DNA of 64,000 bases from Nitrosopumilaceae archaeon (GTDB lineage: Archaea; Thermoproteota; Nitrososphaeria; Nitrososphaerales; Nitrosopumilaceae), in assembly GCA_965207375.1 (NCBI GenBank), contig CBDBMG010000002.1, positions 352,001-416,000 of the forward strand, read 5' to 3'. A program made the position numbers and the translations under genes. Within the stretch, counting starts at the first letter, position 1. The number at the start of each line of letters is the position of its first letter. The notes beneath the pieces were generated by a model. It did no database searches and was not told the DNA's origin. It saw only the letters and a list, made by a program, of their open reading frames with translations. Of this stretch, positions 54,105-64,000 are shown one piece after another.

Positions 54105-57100
54105 ATATCACCATATATGCATGCGTGTGCAATAATATATGATCGAGGGATTAAAGTGTATCAAGACTCACAGTAGTGAGTTGTGAGGCCAACTAGCAAG
54201 TGCCCCAGTTGATCACAAGATTCACCACTAGTACACATTATATTTACATAGACAACCAAATCCACATTATAAGTTGTTATCATTTACTTATGCTACACAT
54301 GCTGGGTGATACTTTGCTCTATGGACTAGCTATATAGTAAAATACTCCATTGCAATATTGCCAATAATCGCATTGTCTGTGTGTCATAATAATCACAGTG
54401 CACATTTTTAAGTATCACCCAACCCTACTTCATAGGTAATCATTCAATTTTCAATTGCTACAATTTTATGTATGTAAATTACAGCCTGATTAAATTTTGA
54501 TTATGGGAATGATTATGTATATTAATAAAATAATTCATAATAGGTCAATTTATGGGTAGTGATGCATCAATTGATGAACACAAAGGATTACTGAAGATAG
54601 GTAGTGACTGAGCACCATGTAGTGTCAAGAAAGGAAATATTTGGCCTTATCTTAAAAGTCCTGGGACATGTTGGTATCCTACTGACACTGATGATCAAGG
54701 AAGTGGAGTACTGGAGGGTGTCTATACTGATTATATAGTTGATGATTTGTTTGCGTATGACTTCAAATATAATCAGTTCAAGTAATGTCATCATTAACTC
54801 TATTATCAAAGGCTGAACTTATTGCAACTACTTACAAAGCTCAGAACACATATAAGCTACGTACATATTAATTTTTCAGTTTTTCAGTAGAATTGCTTTA
54901 GTAGTTTGCTAGCTAGTTGATTTTCTCACAGTAGGTATGGCTAATAATTAGCTATTTTGGAAGTATTAGTTATATTATATTATGAGTGTATTAAGTCAGA
55001 AGCTTCGCAAAGTCTGCTGAGGACGATATTAATAACTATTATAGTTAATATCACATTAGACTAAGTGATGATAACTAGGATATCATGAATAGCTAACTGG
55101 CTCTTAAATATTTCATGAGACCATGACGTTTGACAACAAATGTGGCTGGCCATGGGTATGTGAAAATCAACCATACTAAGCGCAAATTACACCTAGTTAC
55201 ATTTTAAATGGTATATCAGTATTCTGTAAGCTTTAAAAGATTCATCATTAAATTCTACATTTGCGGTAGAAATTCTGTGTTGTTAATTTAAACAGATAAT
55301 GAGTTATGAAAAGACAAAATTGAAAATCATGGCAATGTTATGTGACTATGTGGTTAATTTTTGCACAAATGACTATATTATAGTTGTTAAGCAGTTGGTT
55401 TATTAGCTACATGTACGTAGCCAGAATATAGCTATATAATTGTTCACACAGACACACACTTTATTGATTTTACATTTAAAATTACTGGATGATAAGCCAG
55501 CCGGGTAGTTACTGTATGTAATATTAGAAGTTGCATAATATTTAACACCACACCATATAGCTAGCTAGCCTAAAAAGTTCAAGGGTGAAATTTTTGTGAA
55601 ATGTGACCCGGTATGAGAAAACAGGGCTTATATATGCAAGTAAAATTTGACCACATTTTTGCATTTCGAACTTACGTAAATAAGTTTATAAGCAATCATA
55701 GGTAGGCTTGTGGCTAATATGCCGGCATAATTTTGGGAATATAATAGCTACTATATAATTATTTTATATGAGAATTATTCTGGAATAATAGGTTTTTAGT
55801 GAGCTCAAATTTTGTTGAATGATCGTCAACCCACGCAATTGATTATAAGCACATTTTGAAAAATTAATCATGGCCACTGGGATACTGTACTAGTCTTTTT
55901 CTGCAAGAGCAAGCTGCTAATAAACAAGTCAATGTATTACCATCTAAAATCAGGCACTGTATATACATATTAAACTACTGTAAATTTACTGTCATGTTTA
56001 ATAATATAATACAATGACGTCACAAAGAAATCATATGAGCAGAGACTCATCACTAAGGAATCATAGTAACGTTACATTTTTAAATTTTATCTTCAAAACA
56101 GCTTCATACTCCTGTGCCTTAGTAATAACAAATTATTCATGCTTCAAATCACGTGAATAGTTTCATAGCCTGGGGGGCAGACACACACACACACACGCAT
56201 ACTTTCCGGACAATGCAATTTCAAGAAGCCAGGCATGCACATGGTTTAAAGATTACCAGTGTGATTGCTTACCTTCACATTCTTCACAAATAAATTAGTC
56301 ATCTCTTCCTTAATTAGTCTCTCCCCCAATCATCTTTTCCTTAGTCTCTCCCTCCATCATCTTTTCCTTAGTTTCTCCGATCCCTTAGTCATCTCAAATT
56401 CTTCCTATTCACTTTACTGTGCCATGAGATATGCCCTTCTATGGTGTATATCAAGATATTTATACTAACCATTGCAGTGATAGCCTCTTTCATTCTCACC
56501 CTATCTATTCAATTGCTGTTTGCAGTAAAATTAAGGCAGCAGGTAAAGCATGTTGGTGTTTGGACACCTATCTCAGGATGGTGGTGATTTCTGGCTTTTG
56601 AACAGCAATCACAGACTGTTGTTTGTTCAAAATTTGTGCGAACATTTCCCATTTTATCCATTCACATAGATTTTCTTTGTCCCATTGCCTTATTTCAATC
56701 AACCAAGCACACATGTTTCAAGGTGTACAATCCTTCCACCAATACATTCAACAACCTGAAATGCAGGTGTTCAAGTCTCTCAAAAACCATCAATTCCAAC
56801 TAGCAACTATATTTGCCAATATAAAGTCTGCACTTTATAGTTTTGCCATGGCTACAATTGACCAGTGTCTTGAATACATCAAAATATACATTGTATGATT
56901 AGGTACAGTTCATTATCCATTGTTATTGCTACTATTTATAGCTATATAGCTATGGGTAACTACGTATATCCATAGCTACTATCCATGCATACATGCATAA
57001 TATTTTTCTCATACTAATAGTAAGTTCATATGTGCAATTGCAATAAACAACTAGCTATAACACAATAAACTAATATGTACAATTGCAATAAACAACAACA

Positions 57101-59048
57101 CAATAAATACATTCCACTAACCACAACAAAATGTAGCTAGTTTTATTGTAACTCAAAATATTTGATCATTACCTCCTGTAGCAGATGATTTTGCACAATT
57201 AAGGTTGAACATATAGCATCATAGAATAGTAAATTTCAGGAAATTAATGGTTTTGCTGCATCCGAGGTAACCCGAAAATTTTAAGGGTAAAATTATTTCG
57301 CTGATTGGAGGGGGAGGGTGCACTATAAAAATGGTATAGTGAACGTCACTACAAAACAAAGTGATGTTCACTATTTTTGAAATCACTACATGGTAGTGAT
57401 TATTAAACTTAGTGATGCTCACTACAATAGTAGTGAGCCTCACTACTTTGAAGCTAGGGTACATGTAGTGATGAATTGTGTAGTGATCGTCACTGGCAAA
57501 TGTAGTGACAATCACCATTTTAACGTAGTGAACAATTTTCACTGTATTTCATACAGTGACCATCACTAGTAAAAGTGATATTTAGTACTGTATCTATATA
57601 TATCTAGTAAGTTTAGCAAACAAGGTGAATCTTTACTGCTCCATGCACCAATACCACATAGCTAGCCATTAACATCCAGGCCTTTCAAGTTAAGCTTTAT
57701 AGTATTATCTATATAATTTCTTATCATACTGGGTTTGCATAGAGCATCTTAAGAGCATCTGCACAGACCTATGTACATGCATAGATTTGTATCTTAAAAA
57801 TCCTGCCAGTTACTGTATCAGATGGTTACTTATATAGGTCATATGAAATATGTATTAAGATGATGATTCATGAAAAAATCCTGAAATTTTTATGAGATTT
57901 TGTGTGGTACTTTGGTAGCTACCATGCATTGGTTGAAAATTTTGACAACTTCTGATGACAGATGTCTTGGCTTGTGCATCAGTGAATCATCAAGTCTTTG
58001 AATGCAAATGGTACTCCCGGAGAGAATGAACAGATTAATGGAGAAAATATCATTGAATTTAAAGCAAGTAACAATACATACGTAGGTATTACAAGGAGTG
58101 GAAACTAAAGAGCCAAGGTCCCCCAAGTACTCTCCATTGCAGTTTTGTCCTGAATTATAAGTGACATCACTTCAGTTTATCCCTACCCCTGCAATAGTAT
58201 TACCAATATACACTGAGTAGGATGACAGCAAAAAAGCCATTGGAACTTGTGGTGTACTCTACTGTGGACATAAACAACTACTTATAATGTTTTAAGAGCA
58301 AGCAAACATGCAAAAGTATTGTGCCAATAGCCCATTGTAATTGTAAAGTGATCAATTGCTCTCTATCTATTGGGCCAAGCTGACAACTCCATTTAAAGCA
58401 CCCGATAAAAACCGTCCTATATATTTACAGACAATTTATAATACTTGTTATGCTAAACTAGTTGTGTATCATATTCTATACTCTGATCTATGCCTGACAA
58501 GTTAGGATATATCGATCTTCTGGAGTATTCCATATAGTGCCCGCCATAACGATGACGCAAAACGGTGGTAACCAGGCGACCAATTCGGCGGTCAAAGGTG
58601 AAACTGGATAGTTTTGAAGGAGGAGAAAAGCAGTTTAGTTAGACAAACATGCTTTAATGTGAAGGCGGGTGTTGTTAGTGAAGTCGTGTGCTTATTTCTG
58701 CAAAATAATAAGCACTGCCGGTCGGAATTTGTCACAGGCGAGGTAACAGCGAATCTGAATCTCTGCGTCAACTGAGTCTTGCCGTCAATAAAAGAGAAGT
58801 AAGACTGCTATGGTGAATTTACACTTCTATCTGTAGTCGTTTCAATAACTATTGAGCAGGGTGATTCGAACCTGAATTCTGGTTAGCCCGGCCCGCCCTT
58901 TTCAGTCCTTGTTCACTGGTCGCGGAATTTTTATCAGTTGAGCGAACAGGGTAGCTTCTACACTAAACTCGAAAGGCATGCGTTCACACCTCTACTGCGC
59001 ATGTGAATATTACACGTGTCGTGTTTCTCCGTACTCGAGTCCAATAGA

Positions 59049-62000
59049 TTTTTTTTAAAAATAATTTAATATAATTTTTAAATTACTTATAATATGATAT
59101 ACAGCAAACAATATTAAGGCAGTACCAGCCTGCCCTCAGTTATAGCTAAGTTAAAGTCAATCTCCTTCTGCGGATGGCCAGCTGTGGAGCGACTCCCCCT
59201 TAGACACATAATTGCAGACCGTAACAATGAAAAACACAATCGGCAATGAATTAAAGAAATCACTGTGTTGTAATGTTGATCTTTTTTAATAGCAAGTAAT
59301 GAAGCAAGTCTCTTGTAAGTAATTTCAGTAGGGCCGCTCATGCCTCCTAAAGCTGAAAAAACAAGGGGGGTAAATGATCCACGCTCAACTTCACGGACTC
59401 GCTGTTCATACATCCGACGTTTCTCACGATCATGAGATCTGAAGCAAGCAGAAAGGTGAGTCTGGCGATTCGTAGCAGCCAAAGGGTTGAAAACACGAAC
59501 ATCAAAGTAGGCTTGTTGATGATGAATGCCCCAAAAACCCTGAGCTCTCACATCAAGGCGAGCACCACACTCAATATTTGCAGAGCGATGAAAAAAACGT
59601 TCATTGGAGACCGGTTGTAGTGTAGGTTCAGTGGCCACATTGGGGCAGACCTCTGACATCAGCTGAGCAGTGATGTCCCTAATCTCATTGTGGCGAAGAG
59701 TCGGATAACCCCCATGAGGACAAGTGAAGGCATGGTCAACAGTAAGTGAGGTGCCACAAACACACTCCGTTGGAAGATGAAGCAGTGGCCAACCATAGCG
59801 AAGACAAACAGCATCACGAAAGTCACCCTTGTGAAGGGAAAAACCATGCTCATCAAGTGGCAAGACAGTCAACCAACTGGAGGCCCCCTTCAAACAGGCA
59901 AATTCCCTAGCACGTTGCAGCTCAAGAGGTAACAGAGGATGAAGGGTATCAGCCACTTCCCCACATCTGCAGCGATTCTCAAGATGTGTTTCCTGTTTAA
60001 GGGCAAGCTGTTCATTCAACACATTAACTGGAAAAGCTGGGTCCTGCTCCAAAAGTAGTGACACTAAGGGACCAGTCACCCGTCGTGAAGAGTCAAACTG
60101 AAAAGCAGCAGATACGCAAGGATCAATAATACCAAGTCCACCCAGACGTGAAGGTAATGAAATCAGTTGCCTCTCAACATCACTAAAAGTACCTTTACCA
60201 GTCAAAGATGGCAGCAGATGTAATCGAATGCCCTGCTCCAATGGAGAGAGCAGCCTACCAATATCAGGTAATGTTCTAGATAGAAATATCCATCTTCCCA
60301 AGAGCCCATGAGTCACAGCAGAATAGGCCGCATGTGGCTGAGAAAGGGCAATCTCTGACAATTTAAACAACTCATCAGTCCATTCCTTCACTTTTCCAAT
60401 CACATATGACTTAACAAAATCAGAAGAGCCAATAGCAGCACCCAGGTATCGTCTGCCCTCAGTAGTGAACTGAACACCAGTATCACCAAAGATGGAGTGT
60501 GCCAGGGACAGATGTGATTCCTTAACAATCAAAAATGTTTTAGATGAATTAACAAAATAACCAAACTGAGGACCAATATCACACAACATATCCCACCAAG
60601 CACGGAGATCAGCAAGCTGACCGACTGCTGCCGCATCATCAGCATACCACACCTGCTTAGCAACACTGCTCAATTGTGTAATCAAGGGGACCAAAGCCAA
60701 AGCATACATGGCCATCGCAAGCGGGTCTCCCTGTGTTGTTCCCTCCTGTGATAAAATAGTTTCACCACCAACAAACAACCTAGCAGCATTGCGATACGTA
60801 TTAATGATAACTCGAGAAAAAGCTGGACAAAGAGATGAAATATTTCTCAGAGCAAGGTGGCGGTTCAAATTATTAAATGCGTTGGATGCATCCACCAACA
60901 AAGCAGCCTGTGTAGTAGGATCATCAAAAATGAGCCGCAGAGCATGGATAGCAGACTCACACCCAGATGGCTGACCAGCACACAACTGAAGAGAGCCTGC
61001 AGACTGTTGTATCTCAACTCCAATCACAGAGAGGACTGTCTTGCCAACAATCCGCCGAACCACCTCACCCACACCAATTGGCCGGACACCAGGACACTTA
61101 TCCAGAGCAATCAGTCGACAAGCGGTGAAGGCAGTCAAACCAGCAGGATCAACATATTCCGTACAAAGACGTCGAGCAATGGAAGCCAAAGCATTACACA
61201 AATCAGCAGAAGCACTGTGATAGGAGGCACAAATACGGCGCCAACCATGAGCATCAACATTAGATGGCCCTGCAGCACCATCAACATGTAGAGCAATTGA
61301 ACGAATCAGTGAACCAGTAATACGATCAAAATACACAGGATGTGGATCAAAGGCAGATGAAATAGGAGGGAGCACTGCACATTGCTCTAAAGGGCGACCT
61401 GGAGGATGTTTCTCCAACAAAATATCCCTGACAGATTTGGACCCGATCATCTTATCCAATTGTAAAGGGGCACTATCATCACAATCAGTCAGTAAGCGCA
61501 GAGCAGCACGAACTTTCCCCTCCAACATCAACTTGGAAAAAGAAAATGAAATAGAACTTGAGTCTCTTGAGACTCGACGAGAGGTCAGGCCACGCTGAAT
61601 AGAACGACCCTCCTCCAGAAGTGCAGACAGATCCCCCTTCCACCACAGCTTCAGTCTCCTCTCAATACATTGGATATGATCACTAGCTTTGGATTTGGAA
61701 AATGGCTTTTGAAGGATCAATATAGGTAGAGTCATAGCTGCCTTCAGAGCAACTCCCTCCAGACTAGAGCCAGGATAGTAAGCATTAAATAAACGAGCCA
61801 ACTCAGAAACAAACACTTTACCACCTTTGCCAAAAGGCAAAGAAAAAACATTTCTCCTCCAATGCACAACCTCCTCATAAATTTGATCCAGAAGGGAAGA
61901 AAATGAATTACCATCAACATCACCCCACAAAAACTGTGGATTCTCTGATATCCTGGAAAAACTTGGTAAGGTCAAACAAACAGGATCAAGGTCAGCATCA

Positions 62001-62285
62001 GAAGTGTCGCCAACTGATGACTCGTTCCACGAAGAAGGCACAGACTCAGCCTCTGAAAGAGAGGCAACATCAGTATCAGATTCAACGGAACTCACGACAG
62101 ACTCATGACGATTTTCACAACGACCTCGACGGAGTGGTAGGCAGTCGGTACAGGCCAAGCCAGCACGAACACAAACGCAGCTTCGACAGCGTCCATTACC
62201 ATTACAACGGCAACATTGGGGCATTGCGAAGAGGCTCCTTCTCTCCGGGTATCACACTCCCTATTCGAGATCACGTGCGTTTATC
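59049..62285 (-). mobile_element. CRE-clade non-LTR retrotransposon, apparently full length
   Basis: Single long ORF, short AT-rich 3' UTR ending in A8 (T run at 59049-59056); 5' boundary approximate; no convincing TSD. Confidence 0.8.
59114..62224 (-). CDS. RT + restriction-like endonuclease protein, 1036 aa, with N-terminal Cys-rich (CXC-like) knuckle
   Basis: RT: GVRPIGVGE, VDASNAFN, TTQGDPL, WYADD, YLG. CCHC knuckle CVCG..DHAFTC, RHNEIRD, ARLD..YFDV..REKRRMYE (RLE). N-terminus CCRCNGNGRCRSCVC..CTDC. Confidence 0.92.
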   Translation of the reverse strand: MPQCCRCNGNGRCRSCVCVRAGLACTDCLPLRRGRCENRHESVVSSVESDTDVASLSEAESVPSSWNESSVGDTSDADLDPVCLTLPSFSRISENPQFLWGDVDGNSFSSLLDQIYEEVVHWRRNVFSLPFGKGGKVFVSELARLFNAYYPGSSLEGVALKAAMTLPILILQKPFSKSKASDHIQCIERRLKLWWKGDLSALLEEGRSIQRGLTSRRVSRDSSSISFSFSKLMLEGKVRAALRLLTDCDDSAPLQLDKMIGSKSVRDILLEKHPPGRPLEQCAVLPPISSAFDPHPVYFDRITGSLIRSIALHVDGAAGPSNVDAHGWRRICASYHSASADLCNALASIARRLCTEYVDPAGLTAFTACRLIALDKCPGVRPIGVGEVVRRIVGKTVLSVIGVEIQQSAGSLQLCAGQPSGCESAIHALRLIFDDPTTQAALLVDASNAFNNLNRHLALRNISSLCPAFSRVIINTYRNAARLFVGGETILSQEGTTQGDPLAMAMYALALVPLITQLSSVAKQVWYADDAAAVGQLADLRAWWDMLCDIGPQFGYFVNSSKTFLIVKESHLSLAHSIFGDTGVQFTTEGRRYLGAAIGSSDFVKSYVIGKVKEWTDELFKLSEIALSQPHAAYSAVTHGLLGRWIFLSRTLPDIGRLLSPLEQGIRLHLLPSLTGKGTFSDVERQLISLPSRLGGLGIIDPCVSAAFQFDSSRRVTGPLVSLLLEQDPAFPVNVLNEQLALKQETHLENRCRCGEVADTLHPLLPLELQRAREFACLKGASSWLTVLPLDEHGFSLHKGDFRDAVCLRYGWPLLHLPTECVCGTSLTVDHAFTCPHGGYPTLRHNEIRDITAQLMSEVCPNVATEPTLQPVSNERFFHRSANIECGARLDVRAQGFWGIHHQQAYFDVRVFNPLAATNRQTHLSACFRSHDREKRRMYEQRVREVERGSFTPLVFSALGGMSGPTEITYKRLASLLAIKKDQHYNTVISLIHCRLCFSLLRSAIMCLRGSRSTAGHPQKEIDFNLAITEGRLVLP

Positions 62286-62336
62286 TTAGATACATGCACC
62301 CCATGACCAGACTGGCTGTACGCGCGCGATGCGTTT

Positions 62337-63944
62337 GTGAGTGAATTAGCGTAAACACTCGATTATCGGCCGGGTTAATGCCCCCCTCCCCTCCCACTAT
62401 AACCACACAGAACACCTTATACCCATTATAAACGCTCGTGATAAACCTTAATACTTCCCTTAGATGGTGTAAGAATCCTACTATTGTCCTGGCTTTCAGT
62501 GACAAGATATGAGTCTTGACATTAAACAATGTAGGGACCCAGTTATCGGCCAGTGCACTCCATTATCGGCTGCCCATATAATTCCCGTATATCTATTATC
62601 GGCGATTTGCAATATTTCATGCTATTTTTGTTCATTCAAAAATAATTTAAGAATTTCAAGACTATTACGATATTTAAGAGTATTTAACACACTCTGTATC
62701 GAAATTTCATGCAATTCTAATGTGCCATTTCTTTTCTACATTAAATTATTTTTATCTACTTAACAAAGAGGACATAAAACACACTGCTCTACATCTACAT
62801 CATCATCATCAATACAATCCTCGTGAAACCATCTTGAGCATTGACACTGTAGCCACTCCCTCCCAGTACCAGCATCATCAGCATACACACCAAAGCACAC
62901 ACAGCACCTGTTGACATCAATTTCATCATCGGCACTGTTCTTTGATCTCTTCGCACTAGACTGTGCATGACTAGTAGATTTTCGCTTTGAAGGACCCCTA
63001 CTACTGCATGGCTCATCTGCTTGATTATCTGTTGGTACATCAGCTACCGGATCATCTGTTGTTACATCAGGCATCAAATTATCTGCTGCAACTTCGGGCC
63101 TACTACTTCTACGGTTGCCCTGCTTTCTTCTTATTGGTTTTTTCTCTGCTTTTCAGCTTCTTTCAGTGCTGCTTCACATGCCTTTTCTTCTTGTTTACAC
63201 TTCAATTCCTCTTCTTTTAGTTTCTTTTTCAATAATCTCTGTTCTTTCCTTTGTTTAGCCATTTGCTTTTCCTTATCTTGTAGAGCTTTCAAACATTCCG
63301 CACTTGTTTCCACCATATTCATAACATCTCGACGAGTTTTGCCATATCCTACCTTCGCTGATAACACTAAATGATCAGTAAGTTCCTTTTCTTCCTGCTT
63401 AGTTAAGTACTGCTTAGGTCCTGGATTTATACCATGCACCACATGTCCACTAAGTCGATCCTTCAGCGTTGATGGCGGCACTCCATATAAGTTTGCTGCT
63501 TTGTTTGCCGGCAAGTGTTTGTTTAAAACTGCATCTAATGCTCCTACCATCTCAGATCCTGTCCACTGCTTTCTTTTACCACTCCTTCTATTACTTTGGC
63601 TCATATCAAAATCCTTTGGTTTTTTTTGTTTGGCATAACTGCGCTGCTACAACAAAAAGATTGAGAAAACTTGTGTACACAAAAACAAACAAGTAATAAA
63701 TGTATTAAGCATAATAAACAAACCTATTTTGTAAAAACAAGGTGATAGAAGGGAGATTCAAAACACAACGTGGCGCACACAATAACACATACTCGGAAAA
63801 CATCGGTTATCTTGCGTAAAATAAATTGCGCAAACCTGGTCGATAATTGTTGCAGTTTTAGCCGATAATAGACATCGCCGATAATCGGGGACTTACGCTA
63901 ACTTGGCTTAACCGTGCCTGTTAATCTTCACTTAATTCACTCAC
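62337..63944 (-). mobile_element. Internally deleted pogo/Fot-like element with HTH_psq and PHD finger
   Basis: Inverted ends GTGAGTGAATTA / TAATTCACTCAC with TTATCGGC/GCCGATAA subterminal repeats. ORF 63131-63604 has HTH_psq (QWTGSEMVGAL..AANLYGVPPSTLKDR..GPKQYLT.QEEKEL) fused directly to a K/E-rich tail. ORF 62760-63077 has a PHD (CCVC..WLQCQCSRWFHEDC..CPLC). No DDE domain. Confidence 0.7.
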
Positions 63945-64000
63945 CCGATACGATACCCAGTGATTATAATTATACCTTACTCAAGCCCTGGCTATCTGGT

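Noticed and set aside
58850-58960. GGTTCGAATC B-box-like motif on the minus strand near the CRE 3' end (tRNA or SL-RNA target?)
   Set aside because: No cloverleaf, A box or Sm site could be built around it

Overview
AT-rich, intron-containing animal genomic DNA. Very short (~50 nt) introns, TAGCTA-rich spacers and the repeat landscape suggest a non-bilaterian, probably a demosponge; this is inference. Host genes: (1) an intronless Cys/His zinc-finger-repeat protein with a C-terminal MDM2-type RING, interrupted by one in-frame TGA at a Trp position; (2) a frameshifted sulfotransferase plus an older decayed paralog; (3) a multi-exon telomerase reverse transcriptase (TERT) locus on the minus strand that looks dead (motif C reads LADNFL, a templated 26-bp frameshifting insertion, central T/1/2/A/B' exons not found); (4) a head-to-head, apparently intact Ser/Thr kinase (YRD/DFD variant). 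Mobile DNA dominates. The best candidate for a novel system is a complete 3.2-kb pogo (DD35D) transposon carrying a convergent HIRAN + Ulp1/C48 protease cargo gene. Also present: three ~410-bp near-perfect hairpin elements with copy-specific variants mirrored in both arms, a 4.2-kb Merlin-like foldback element built from a 9-bp minisatellite with a nested CACTA-type MITE, an intact CRE-clade non-LTR retrotransposon, an internally deleted HTH_psq/PHD pogo-like element, an intron-containing Ginger-type integrase relic, and many MITEs and simple repeats. All homology calls come from motif recognition by eye, without database searches.
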